A stretch of 63,180 nucleotides of DNA, filler included, from Dugesia japonica (lineage: Eukaryota): assembly GCA_001938525.1 (NCBI GenBank). It is 7 parts of 7 records of this genome, joined end to end, with 100 filler letters (N's around TTAATTAATTAA, not from the genome) between each part and the next. Parts side by side here need not be neighbours in the genome. Positions count along the whole stretch, not along the records: positions 36,832 to 45,351 come from MQRL01580136.1; positions 45,452 to 54,104 come from MQRL01606134.1; 5 more parts are not named here. One strand, 5' to 3'. The position numbers and the translations under genes are program-made. Positions within the stretch are counted from its first letter, which is position 1. Every line of letters begins with the position of its first letter. The notes beneath the pieces were generated by a model that saw nothing but the letters and a program-made list of their open reading frames with translations, was not told where the DNA came from and ran no database searches. Of this stretch, positions 37,354-47,470 are shown piece after piece.

Positions 37354-38730
37354 TTAAGTTGAAGCGAGCTTTTCGTTTGTTGGAACTGAGTCTATTATTT
37401 GATCACCACCGATTTCGAGTTCCATCTGACTCCAATCTATAGAAATTTCTTCATCATCGAATGGTTTTGGGTGGGGGTAAATTCCATTGAGCTTTTCTTC
37501 CATTAGCTTTTCATTGATATTAAGTAATTCCATATAAGAGGGCGCACCATCTACAAGACTTAGAGAGTTATGTGAATTCCAGGCAAGGTGGCTCCATTTT
37601 ATATTGGAAACAATCATATTGCTCTTGAGGTGACCAATCTTTGATTTTGGGAACTTCAATCTATTGAGAATCGTATCGTTGTTCGTTCTCCACGATCCGA
37701 GGCATCCGACTACAAATGTATCCAGGACAACTTTCCAGTTTGGGAGAATTTTCTCAAGGCCTTCTTTCAGTATTTGGTACTTTGAGATATTAGCTTGATG
37801 GCATTCTTCCATATTTTCCGAGTTGTCGTAAGGCGATTTTACATCTATTAGCCAAAATTCCCGACCTTCTTTTATTTCGATCTGCAAGTCCACTCTCAAC
37901 AATGAATTCAAAAGCCCACATTTTTGGTCTTTGAGAATAGATAAACTGGGACTTGAATCCTGCAAAGCTGCAAAAAGAAGATTAAGTAATGCATTATGTC
38001 GATTAACGATAAAATGCATATTAGCCGGGCACGATCCAAGCACGTGATATTGAGATTCGATATCATATTTGCATTTTCTGCAGTTCTTTTTCTCTTTAGC
38101 ATTATGAGGACGACCATTGACTGGAAGAGTGTTNGTCCTCGCTTGNTGAATGAAAAGCCAGTCTGANATTTCGNGACTGCCATTGTGAAGAACTTTGGAA
38201 GACATCTTATCTGAAGAAAGAGCAGACGCAGAAACACCAGCTCTGCATTGTTCTGACCATTTAAGCAGATTTGAGAGTTTATAAAGACGGTGAATTTGAA
38301 AACTGGTATCAGATTTTGAATTTCCATGAATGGTGAGACTCTCAAATTTAGCATTGACTTGAAGACAGAAGCCAAGTTCGTTGTGCTTAAAGATTATGGT
38401 GAGGTCACAATGTTCAGCGAGATGTTTAATGCTGTTTCGGATTTTAGTCCACCATGATTTAAGACCATTCTCTCGGTCTCCTTTATTTAGCCAATCCATC
38501 ATTGAAGAGTAGTTTGGGTAGTATGTAATTTTAAGGTCTTCTTGAACGCCTTTAGACAAGCTGTATAAGTTGATACCAGCAACGATTGGATCATTACAGG
38601 TGAAGATTCGGAAGGTATGAACTATAGCTTGAATGGCGTATTCATCTCTAACTGATGTCAGACCAAGCCCACCCATATCTGATGAAGAATATATAGGTAA
38701 GCTGTAGAGGCATTGAGTGGAAGACCACAA
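37354..38730 (-). CDS. Thumb/linker, CCHC zinc knuckle and restriction-like endonuclease
   Basis: GGLGL, CRKCKYDIESQYHVLGSC, RHN, RVDLQI...IDVKSPYD...SKY and VVGCLGSW. Joined to RT by a small indel in a (TA) run near 38690. Confidence 0.93.
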   Translation of the reverse strand: MWSSTQCLYSLPIYSSSDMGGLGLTSVRDEYAIQAIVHTFRIFTCNDPIVAGINLYSLSKGVQEDLKITYYPNYSSMMDWLNKGDRENGLKSWWTKIRNSIKHLAEHCDLTIIFKHNELGFCLQVNAKFESLTIHGNSKSDTSFQIHRLYKLSNLLKWSEQCRAGVSASALSSDKMSSKVLHNGSXEXSDWLFIXQARXNTLPVNGRPHNAKEKKNCRKCKYDIESQYHVLGSCPANMHFIVNRHNALLNLLFAALQDSSPSLSILKDQKCGLLNSLLRVDLQIEIKEGREFWLIDVKSPYDNSENMEECHQANISKYQILKEGLEKILPNWKVVLDTFVVGCLGSWRTNNDTILNRLKFPKSKIGHLKSNMIVSNIKWSHLAWNSHNSLSLVDGAPSYMELLNINEKLMEEKLNGIYPHPKPFDDEEISIDWSQMELEIGGDQIIDSVPTNEKLAST

Positions 38731-39908
38731 ATCTGTTTCAATCTTTTTCTAACTTCAAAATCAAGTCCTCTGCTAAAAACTGTGTTTTTGACTTCATGAT
38801 GGCCATAACCTGAGAGTTCACGGTTTGATTTGTTAAAATTTCGAAAGGCAAAAGTGAATCTGGATTGGATGAATGTTTTGAAGGCTTCAATCTTTTGCCA
38901 AGGAAATAGAATTGAATCCACTAATTTGTCAAAGTCTGCAATAACTACTTTAAACAGCTTGTCCGGAGAGTTCTTTAAGCATTTGCTAATGTCGACACCA
39001 AGATATTTATATTTATCCATGTAGCTTAGATTTGGTAAAGCTGATTTGTTGATATATATAGCCTCTGATCGATCAAGTGTGGCCATGCGTCCGCATTTAG
39101 AAACATTAAAGGACATGCCACTACAAATTGTCCAAAAGTTGGCAGTATTGACCATATTTTGTAAATCTAAACTATTTTCAGCGATTAAAGCGATGTCATC
39201 AGCATAGGCTAAGCATTCCACTCTAAAATTACCTATACGAGCCCCAGCATTCCGAACAAGAGCGCATTCTGTAAGAACAGGATCAAGTCCGATATTTAAG
39301 AGGAGCATAGAGAGCAGGCATCCTTGACGAACTCCTCTTTTGATTACAATAGGAGATGTGACGATATTAGCGCAGATGAATAATGTTGAACAATCATCAT
39401 AGAAATTTTCGATAAGGTCAGAAGATGATTTTTCCATTCCCATGAGTCTAAGAACACTCGTAATATGATGAATTGGAATGCTTCCAAAGGCATCAGAAAT
39501 GTCTAAGAAGGCGATATGGAGATGCTTCTTTGACCCATATTCTTCGAGCATGCATCTAAGGATATTATTGTGTTCAGTGCAGCCCTCAGATCTACCTGTG
39601 ACTTTCTGCAGAGGGAATGATAGATTATTATTATCAATCCAATTTTCAATCTGTTTAGCCAGGCATGCAGTAAAGAGTTTATAGGTACACTCAAGTAAAG
39701 CAATTGGCCTCCAAGATTCCATTTTGTTATAATGTCCCTCTTTATCCGGTTTAGGGATTAGAAGAGTGGAGTATGATTTCCATCTTTTAGGAATAATTCC
39801 TGTTTTGATAATTCTGTTAAAGAGAAGACACAGAAATTGGGCTTGAGGATCGCAATATTTTATGTCACCATAAGTAACATTACTGATACCTGGGCTACTG
39901 TTTGACAT
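38658..39908 (-). CDS. Non-LTR reverse transcriptase
   Basis: SSPG, LIPK, WRPIALL, AFLDISDAFGSI, GVRQGCLLS, LAYADD and YKYLG. The frame is open up to the N gap at 39943, so it is probably continuous with the protease ORF. Confidence 0.97.
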   Translation of the reverse strand: MSNSSPGISNVTYGDIKYCDPQAQFLCLLFNRIIKTGIIPKRWKSYSTLLIPKPDKEGHYNKMESWRPIALLECTYKLFTACLAKQIENWIDNNNLSFPLQKVTGRSEGCTEHNNILRCMLEEYGSKKHLHIAFLDISDAFGSIPIHHITSVLRLMGMEKSSSDLIENFYDDCSTLFICANIVTSPIVIKRGVRQGCLLSMLLLNIGLDPVLTECALVRNAGARIGNFRVECLAYADDIALIAENSLDLQNMVNTANFWTICSGMSFNVSKCGRMATLDRSEAIYINKSALPNLSYMDKYKYLGVDISKCLKNSPDKLFKVVIADFDKLVDSILFPWQKIEAFKTFIQSRFTFAFRNFNKSNRELSGYGHHEVKNTVFSRGLDFEVRKRLKQICGLPLNASTAYLYILHQIWVGLV

Positions 39909-41472
39909 TGAGTTGAGAATTTGGATGAGATCGCATTGGTCGANNNNNNNNNNNNNNNNNNNNNNNNNNNNNNNNNNNNNNNNNNNNNNNNNNNNNNNNN
40001 NNNNNNNNNNNNNNNNNAGATTTTAAAGCAAAGTAATTTTCAATTGAATCTTTAGTTGGAGAAGTATTGACCCTAGAATCGAATTTGATGAAATCGAATA
40101 CAGATTTTGGAGAGTGTTTAAACTTTTCGCGTAAAGAAAAGTCAAATTTATATCTATCTTTTCTGAAACGATTTGTGCTGTTAATGTTCTTTGACTTAAT
40201 ATTCCTCATCTTCAAAATATGATTAGTGTAGGCATTTTCAATTTCTTCAGGAGAGAAGTGCTGGAAATCAAGAAACATTTTTGCAATAGTGGAAACTCTC
40301 TCATGAAGAGTGTGAGTTTTCTTAGAAGAATAAGTAGGATTGATTTCCACATCGATTTTAGCGGAAAGGCTGATAAGAGACACCATTTTTTCACGAACTT
40401 TAGGCAAGTTAATGTTTGTGAGATTTTGGTTGTGTATGATTCTTTCAATGATTCCACAAGTAACAAGACCATTGTCAGAACGGCTGGTAGAAACATCGTG
40501 ATGAGGAGGACTAAGAGTAAATTGAGTCTCAACAGTTGGTTTGTTTCTAAAGAAGGAATTGAGATTGTTATTGAGAATAACACCAATATCAATCAACTGT
40601 TTATTTAGCGTTTGACTAGTAGTATCAATCAGGAACGATTTATGGTTTTTTTGATTAAATACAAATATGTTCCAATTCATATTAGAGAGAACAAAAGGGC
40701 AGACAATAAGATCCTTTTCAATAAACTGCCTGTATGTGATGTTTTCTTTAATAAATCCCTCATTACTATTGGCTAGGTTGATAGAACAGTCAACACTAAG
40801 AACCAGATGTTTAGAGGATTTAACGAATTCAGATAGATACCTCATCAAATGGAATTTATCAAAGTTTTGTAATGATTTTGAAGCTTCCATTTTTGAAGTG
40901 TTTTTGAAGTAACCACCACCATCAAGGCCACTGGCAGGACCTTTGTCGGAATCTTTAGTAGAATTTTCACATGCATACGAATGAACCCATGAGCGAATTT
41001 CTCCAATGTCAACCTTCTTAGGAATTCTGCCAATGGAGATCTTCATAATGTATCCACAGACTAATGGGCCACAATCATTACCATTAGTCTGCTTTTGATG
41101 TTCATTAGATTCGGTTTGGAAAACGAATTTTCTTCCAAGTTCTTGATTGAGGGTTCTAGTCATTTCTCTACCAATAGTAATGGTATTTGAATTAAGTCCC
41201 CCAAGAGGATCGAGGATCATAGATTTATAGTTGTAGGCAAAAAACAAGACCCAGTGATTATTGTTGACAAGAATAACTGTAAAGATTTTTGAAATATCAC
41301 TGAAATCAAAGTTATTCCATGTCTCACTGATAGAGGTCGAGTTTTGCTTAACTAAAGTAAAAACCCAGCTAGGAATCACTACTGATCTTTGATTCTTCAT
41401 ATTAACTTCAATGTAGCGATCAATTTGTGCATCGCTGAACCAAAAAGTGTCTTTGTCAGGTGGCTTTTTCAC
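39895..41472 (-). CDS. Tandem Ulp1/SENP-like (C48) cysteine protease domains
   Basis: Domain 1: WFSDAQID, NNNHWVLF, ILDPL, QKQTNGNDCG (H-D-C triad plus oxyanion Q). Domain 2: CPFVLSNMNWNIF, LIDTT, SRSDNGLVTC (His and Cys replaced by Asn). Confidence 0.88.
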   Translation of the reverse strand: MKKPPDKDTFWFSDAQIDRYIEVNMKNQRSVVIPSWVFTLVKQNSTSISETWNNFDFSDISKIFTVILVNNNHWVLFFAYNYKSMILDPLGGLNSNTITIGREMTRTLNQELGRKFVFQTESNEHQKQTNGNDCGPLVCGYIMKISIGRIPKKVDIGEIRSWVHSYACENSTKDSDKGPASGLDGGGYFKNTSKMEASKSLQNFDKFHLMRYLSEFVKSSKHLVLSVDCSINLANSNEGFIKENITYRQFIEKDLIVCPFVLSNMNWNIFVFNQKNHKSFLIDTTSQTLNKQLIDIGVILNNNLNSFFRNKPTVETQFTLSPPHHDVSTSRSDNGLVTCGIIERIIHNQNLTNINLPKVREKMVSLISLSAKIDVEINPTYSSKKTHTLHERVSTIAKMFLDFQHFSPEEIENAYTNHILKMRNIKSKNINSTNRFRKDRYKFDFSLREKFKHSPKSVFDFIKFDSRVNTSPTKDSIENYFALKSXXXXXXXXXXXXXXXXXXXXXXXXXRPMRSHPNSQLNVKQ

Positions 41473-41474
41473 AA

Positions 41475-41951
41475 TCAGGCTTTTTGGTGATTTGGGTCTG
41501 ATTGTGGAGCTACACCATCAGTTTTCCATTTTTTTAGAATGAGGCTTTGCTGGAGTTGAGATGGCCAGAGCAGATTTGAGTTTGTTTTTTTATTTCTGGT
41601 ATTGTTTCCAACACAGCTGCTGTCCTTGATTGGTTCATCAATGCTGGAATTAGCTGATAGATCAAGAATCTCAACTGTTTGATTATGATCTTTGGAAGGT
41701 AAGTTAAAATCTATTGCTAATTCAATAGGAACGAGATTTGTAAAAGTGTTCATGGCAATAGCAGCAGTGGGTGAAGGCTGCCTTAGATCTATTGGTGGAA
41801 CTATAGATTGGAGTGGTATGACGATTGATGAGTTTGTTTGATCTTCATTGGTGATCTGGTCGTTGATTTTCAGAGACGAATGTTGATCTACCTGGTTTGT
41901 TGAGTTCGGAAGATTGATTGGAGGAAGAGTATTCTTAATTGGAGTCTTCAT
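41475..41951 (-). CDS. Pro/Ser/Asn-rich linker segment of the polyprotein
   Basis: Bridges the 727-aa and 525-aa ORFs via frame changes. Confidence 0.5.
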   Translation of the reverse strand: MKTPIKNTLPPINLPNSTNQVDQHSSLKINDQITNEDQTNSSIVIPLQSIVPPIDLRQPSPTAAIAMNTFTNLVPIELAIDFNLPSKDHNQTVEILDLSANSSIDEPIKDSSCVGNNTRNKKTNSNLLWPSQLQQSLILKKWKTDGVAPQSDPNHQKA

Positions 41952-44118
41952 GCAATGTTGTAGATTGGGATTGCTTTTCCTTGAAATTGTTATTAGAAAA
42001 GATCACGCTATGAAGGAAAGAGCAAAGTCTTGGAGCGCCCTTCGATCTCAGGAATTCTGCTAAGTCCGACATCTGATCAGATGAAAGTGAGCAAAGGCTC
42101 CGAAAACGACAGCACTTCCGCATCAAGCGAAGGAAGGAGAGAGTAAGTTCTCTGGTTCTTTGTCTATTCGGATCTTTGAGAAGTTGTTGATAGTTGTGTA
42201 AAAAGGTAGTGTTCTTAGAACGAACATAATCAAGGATGTTTAGATCAAAAGATGAGCAACTCCGCTCAATATCCAAGAGGATGGACCTAAGAGTATCAGG
42301 GAAGATAGGAGTAGGTCCACGTTTTGGAGTCTTAAGAGGAGCTTTTTGAGGCAGAGTCCGATTAGTGTTAGGGATTTGAGAATGGGTATTATTGGATTTA
42401 ACAGCGTCACTGTAGGATGAATTGAAAGGTAAGATTTTTTCAGTAGCCGGCGAGAGATTAGAAAAATTATCGGCAGTTGTGAGATCTTTGGCAAAATTGC
42501 CCGGTAGACTAACAGAATTCAGCCTAGTGTTTAAGTCCATGATCTTATCAAATAATGGATTCTTAGGAAGATCAAAATGAATAATAGTTTGAGCCAATAG
42601 GTCGATGAGACGCGGTGGAAGATTGGCGATATTAAACAGCTTATTAGTGAGCTTAGAAAAGCTGGAGGCTAGATCACGATAGAAGACTTTTTTCTTCTCT
42701 GGGAATAGGAAGATGGTAACATCAAGACAGTGTAGCATCTTACGGAGGAGGTCAGCCATGATGGGGTTATGTTCGTCAATCAAAATAAGGTCTCTGTCTA
42801 AGGATTGGAGCGAAAACAGAAGTTCTCTAGATATTGGGGAGCTATAAACCGGGTGCCAGATCTCCGCAAGATGCGAAAAATCATCGCTAACAAAGGTATT
42901 AGCCATCGAGATACGGAGATTATTAGGAAGATCATAATTTAACTGAGAGACAGTTACAGAGCGAGAAGCAGAAGCAGGAGTATTGAATCTGCAAGGAGAA
43001 ACACAATGACGAGTACGGGAGCCGAATTTAGTGTGGTAGAAACAAAAGGCAGAGGAAGGAGAAGTTTGTTTGTTAAAAGAGCAGGGGCCAAAGCAGTGAC
43101 GGGCAGCATCTCTAAACCGACAATGATAAAAGCAGGTGAAGGCCTTTCTTTCAGATGAGTTAATATCATGGTTATAATCATCATAAAATTTATCTTTGGA
43201 AGTAGAGGAATTAGGCTTAAAATTACCATAGTTATAATGTTTTTCATCTTGATTATTAGTTTTGAGAACTGTCAGGTTATGATTCACACTGTCATTAGCA
43301 TAATAATCTTTATTAATAACTTCATCAGTAAGTTTCGACATTTTTTCACAAATTGATTCGAAATTTTGTGAAAAAATTTTTCTTTCGCCTTTCTTTTCAT
43401 TTTGTTTAACCGAGGTATTTATAGTTGTTGCTTGGCAACGTGTAATTTCAGATAACCTTAGGTTAATAAAATTAATAAATTTTATTAAAAAATCAGGGTT
43501 TTTGAATTCATTTAAATTAGCTGTTTTAGAGCTATTGGTAGAAGTGAGATTATGGGAAATAATGTCTTGAGGAAAATCCTGATTTAATTTGGGTGGATTA
43601 AAAGCAAGAGCATGAGAATCTTGCACAGGTGAAGCAGGTATAATATTATTCAGAGAATTCAGTTTTAAATTATTGTTAAGGAGAAATTCAAATGCTTCCA
43701 GTTTGTTGAGAATATTGTTGAGATTCTCTGTAATTTTGGAAGTGTGGCTCAAATGAGTGGGTTTATTATTATGGATGTCGGGTTTAACTGAATCAATTGG
43801 ATTAGAATAAATACCAGTTTTCAGACTTCTGCAGTTATGAAAGGCAGGTATAGGTGAAATAGTGTCAGAATCAGGATATTTATTCAGGTTAATCTGATGG
43901 TTGATATAATTNATATCGGAAATAAGCTCATCAATGGAGATCTTAGCAGGGTCGTTTTTTATAATAAAATTGTTATCAACAGCCGACTTTTGAATATTAT
44001 TAAAATTATTAACAGGATCATTATTACTATGTTTATTACTATTTTGAATATTTTTATTTACAAAATCGTGGTAATTACAGCTGCTTATAAAATCTTTATC
44101 ATAGTTAGTATTATACAA
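41935..44118 (-). CDS. Retrotransposon N-terminal region with two C-x2-H-x9-C-x3-C zinc motifs
   Basis: 727-aa ORF containing CFYHCRFRDAARHCFGPC (43134-43081) and CFYHTKFGSRTRHCVSPC (43044-42991). Confidence 0.75.
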   Translation of the reverse strand: MYNTNYDKDFISSCNYHDFVNKNIQNSNKHSNNDPVNNFNNIQKSAVDNNFIIKNDPAKISIDELISDXNYINHQINLNKYPDSDTISPIPAFHNCRSLKTGIYSNPIDSVKPDIHNNKPTHLSHTSKITENLNNILNKLEAFEFLLNNNLKLNSLNNIIPASPVQDSHALAFNPPKLNQDFPQDIISHNLTSTNSSKTANLNEFKNPDFLIKFINFINLRLSEITRCQATTINTSVKQNEKKGERKIFSQNFESICEKMSKLTDEVINKDYYANDSVNHNLTVLKTNNQDEKHYNYGNFKPNSSTSKDKFYDDYNHDINSSERKAFTCFYHCRFRDAARHCFGPCSFNKQTSPSSAFCFYHTKFGSRTRHCVSPCRFNTPASASRSVTVSQLNYDLPNNLRISMANTFVSDDFSHLAEIWHPVYSSPISRELLFSLQSLDRDLILIDEHNPIMADLLRKMLHCLDVTIFLFPEKKKVFYRDLASSFSKLTNKLFNIANLPPRLIDLLAQTIIHFDLPKNPLFDKIMDLNTRLNSVSLPGNFAKDLTTADNFSNLSPATEKILPFNSSYSDAVKSNNTHSQIPNTNRTLPQKAPLKTPKRGPTPIFPDTLRSILLDIERSCSSFDLNILDYVRSKNTTFLHNYQQLLKDPNRQRTRELTLSFLRLMRKCCRFRSLCSLSSDQMSDLAEFLRSKGAPRLCSFLHSVIFSNNNFKEKQSQSTTLHEDSN

Positions 44119-44126
44119 CGAATTAT

Positions 44127-44774
44127 TTACATTATAACAGATTCAAAAACATTTAAGGGATTATTGCTAGAAAACGCATTAAAATTACTTTTAACCTGGT
44201 CTGAAGCCGTAAATCTAGCTGATAGAGTACCGCAAGCATTATCAAGTCGATTTTGGTTGTTAATGGCATCCTGTGTGATATGTGGTACATCAAATATATC
44301 GTTGAGTTTGCTAGGATTTTCATGGTAAATAGGATTGGAATCAGGATTTCTTTCACGAAATGGTCTTTCATAATTTGCAGTGCCATTTTGCTTGTATTTA
44401 TTCAAACCGAATCTGGNACCNGTNGCAGGAATAGATCTACTATNAATGGTAAATCCTTGTTGGTAATTTGCATCAGTGCGGTAGCCATTGTATTCATTAC
44501 TTGAGGCATTTGGATGTTTGTAGCGATTAATTGGGTAATTTGAATTCCTGTAATTATTACGGTTTTGGCGATATTTGGTGAAGTTTTTGAATCTTTTCTG
44601 CTTTTGGTAATTATTAAATCCACTGAAATTAAAACCAAGTGTCATTTCTTGGTCATTTTCAATTTCACATTCATTTAAGGATCCATAGTGGTCATATTGT
44701 CCGACATTTTCATTTATATTTTCAGTGGAAATTTGCTTATCCATAAGTAAACTGATAGAAATGATAAAATCCAA
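44127..44774 (-). CDS. Asn-rich N-terminal segment of the retrotransposon polyprotein
   Basis: 215-aa low-complexity ORF in tandem with the next ORF but in a different frame; no domain recognised. Confidence 0.5.
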   Translation of the reverse strand: MDFIISISLLMDKQISTENINENVGQYDHYGSLNECEIENDQEMTLGFNFSGFNNYQKQKRFKNFTKYRQNRNNYRNSNYPINRYKHPNASSNEYNGYRTDANYQQGFTIXSRSIPXXGXRFGLNKYKQNGTANYERPFRERNPDSNPIYHENPSKLNDIFDVPHITQDAINNQNRLDNACGTLSARFTASDQVKSNFNAFSSNNPLNVFESVIM

Positions 44775-45759
44775 ATTTNNNNNNNNNNAGTTGAATAATT
44801 AAAATTTCCAAATATCGAAAATATACTATAGAATTGAGAACAATTTGCCAAATTTGATAATTGATATACTTCCAACTGTTTAAAATTGTGACAAATTTAC
44901 TACTTATTAATAGCAGTAGAGCATAACAAATTTTTGCTTCTGTCCAAGCGCACGAGCATGTTGGATAATATTACGTAACCTTAACCTGTGGGTTACGTAA
45001 TTTGAAATTTAACCTCATTGATTGCTCAATTTTTTGACTTATCTCTCACAATTAATAAATTAAAAATTAATATAGCAAACTTTCAATATTTTATTCGAAT
45101 CAACATAATTTGGAATAAAAATTTCAATAATTAGTAGTAGAAAATTGAAATGTACAGGTTTTGATGTGAATTTAGGGGTCATCTATTGAAAAAAGGGGTT
45201 CTAGGGGTTTTTTGCATTTTAAGTGGTGATAATCGATTCCAAACTAGGCTAATGTCCGCCCGAGAAATGTTAAGGACTATTGCCGGAATCGAATAAACCA
45301 AAAATCAGCTCAATCGGATTACGTGGTAAAATTCTGTGTGTGTTTGAATATNNNNNNNNNNNNNNNNNNNNNNNNNNNNNNNNNNNNNNNNNNNNTTAAT
45401 TAATTAANNNNNNNNNNNNNNNNNNNNNNNNNNNNNNNNNNNNNNNNNNNNTATATATATATATATATATACGAGCTTTATATATAATTTCAATAGATAA
45501 ATAGAGAAAAAATGAATAATAATAATATTTATTATATAACATGGTAACTGTTTTATGTAATGCTAAATCCTATAAAATTGATTACTTATTAGTTCAAATA
45601 CCTTTTTATATGTGCATTGATTATGTAATAGATCCCATTTCATTTCTAAACGGCTCAGGTAATTATTCTAAATTTGAAACTTTACTCGTGTGCACCTAAT
45701 TTTCTACTCACCAGTAACATTTCAAAGCTTGTTGCATAAAATATTTGAAGGAGTATTAT

Positions 45760-46450
45760 ATGCATGGTATTTTAATATGTAGTAAAACTAAAGAGTTACA
45801 AAACAAACGAGTTGGTAAAGTTTTCATGTACTAAAAAATACTGGTTTAAAATTAATTCAAGTAAATATTTGGTCAAGTCTAAAAAACTGAATATTTTAGA
45901 ACATTAGATTAGCGTTAAAGTGTAGACACAAATGATGAAACTATCGAAAATATTTGAAAAGCCGTTATGCAAAAATTCATCACACAAATACAAATGTTTG
46001 GACAATTAAAAAATTATTACAGGCGTTTCAAAAAAGATTATTCTTTACTTACAGCACCATTGTATGCAATGACGATAGGAAAATAAAAGAATGGACAAAA
46101 GAATGTGAGGGTAGTTTTCAGTCTTTGACGATGAAATTGTGTAGTGCTCCAATTTCGACTTTTCAAAATAATAGTAATAAATAATATTACACACTATTGC
46201 TAGTTTTGGGTCGTTGTAATGGGTTTCGATGGAAGTAACGGATAATGGATTAGAACATGTCATAACATATCGTTCTCAAACTCTAAACAATNGAGAAAAA
46301 GGCTATTGTGTTACTAGCAATGAATTATTAGCTCTGCATGAGTTTATCGTGTATTTTAAACACTTTTTGTATGGCAAGAAATTTAGAGCAAGAGTTGATC
46401 ATAAAGAATTGATCTTTTTGATGAAGACTAGTAAGCCCATTTGTTGATCT
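45760..46450 (+). mobile_element. Gypsy RT/RNase H fragment, heavily decayed
   Basis: EKGYCVTSNELLALHEFIVYFKHFLYGKKFRARVDHK and EWTKECEGSFQSL...SAP. Confidence 0.82.
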
Positions 46451-46608
46451 TAATTTTTACTATTTTGGATAATCGTATGTTAATTCCTATTCCTTATTAA
46501 AATTTACAGAATNNNNNNNNNNNNNNNNNNNNNNNNNNNNNNNNNNNNNNNNNNNNNNNNNNNNNNNNNNNNNNNNNNNNNNNNNNNNNNNNNNNNNNNN
46601 NNNNNNNN

Positions 46609-46883
46609 AGGGTGTCCCTCGAAATTTTTCAAATAAAGTCAAAAATACCCTGTTTTTTTGACAACTTAATTAAAAACAGTTGAATAAGGGATACTTTGAC
46701 GGTTGTTTAAATTTTCAATATTAATTGGTCAATTAAGTGCAAAATTTATTTGTTTGCAATAATATTTTAAACCTTTAATAAATGTGCTATAACAAATTGC
46801 AATTGAAGCAAAAAATTAGTGTGCCGTGAAAATTTTTAAATCAGACAAATGTGCCGTGGATCAAAAAAGTTTGGACAACACTG
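46609..46883. mobile_element. hAT (Charlie/Buster-like) terminal fragment
   Basis: GTGTGCCGTG repeats and the terminus AAAAAAGTTTGGACAACACTG followed by GTCTATAC (hAT-type target). The other end lies in an N gap. Confidence 0.6.
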
Positions 46884-47470
46884 GTCTATACATTTTGTAG
46901 AATAGGAAAAGGTATTAGTGTAAGTAGAACCGCACAATTTTAAAAAAATATTTAAATATGAGGGCACTTACAAAATTAGTAAATATATTAGCCTTCATCA
47001 AGTGCTTTTAGATTATGCAGGAGAACTTTAACCCAGAAGACTTGAATGTCTGCAAAAAGTGAAAATGAAACTTAGAAAANNNNNNNNNNNNNNNNNNNNN
47101 NNNNNNNNNNNNNNNNNNNNNNNNNNNNNNNNNNNNNNNNNNNNNNNNNNNNNNNNNNNNNNNNNNNNNNNNNNNNNNNNNNNNNNNNNNNNNNNNNNNN
47201 NNNNNNNNNNGGAAAATTCTAGTATTTTAACTTAAATCATTGAATTTAATAAAATGTTTATATGCTGTCAAATTTTGCTTTGAAAGTGAAACTAAATTTA
47301 TTAAGTCATTAAGTATATTGTTGGTTACTTAAGTGTTTTAAATAAACTACTTTTGGGTAGACTATGCAAAAGGATTACGCATATTTTGTCTGTGTATTAA
47401 TTATGTAATTGTTATGGAAATCTTCAATTTTTAATTCATTTTGCAAATCACAATAAATGTTTTTAGTCAT

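Larger units (their letters stand above)
36832..45010 (-). mobile_element. RLE-type non-LTR retrotransposon, NeSL-like, near full length (>=8 kb)
   Basis: Colinear ORFs from 44774 to 37354 encode a long N-terminus, Ulp1 protease domains, RT, CCHC and a restriction-like endonuclease. The >500-bp 3' UTR runs into the segment end; the 5' boundary is approximate. Confidence 0.93.

Noticed and set aside
38830-44504. Plus-strand and alternate-frame ORFs overlapping the NeSL-like element
   Set aside because: Shadow ORFs of long coding sequence; no motifs.
45150-45351. Possible RNA-gene target or Helitron-like repeat flanking the NeSL 5' end
   Set aside because: No tRNA, snRNA, SL or rRNA sequence recognised; the repeat class cannot be determined by eye.
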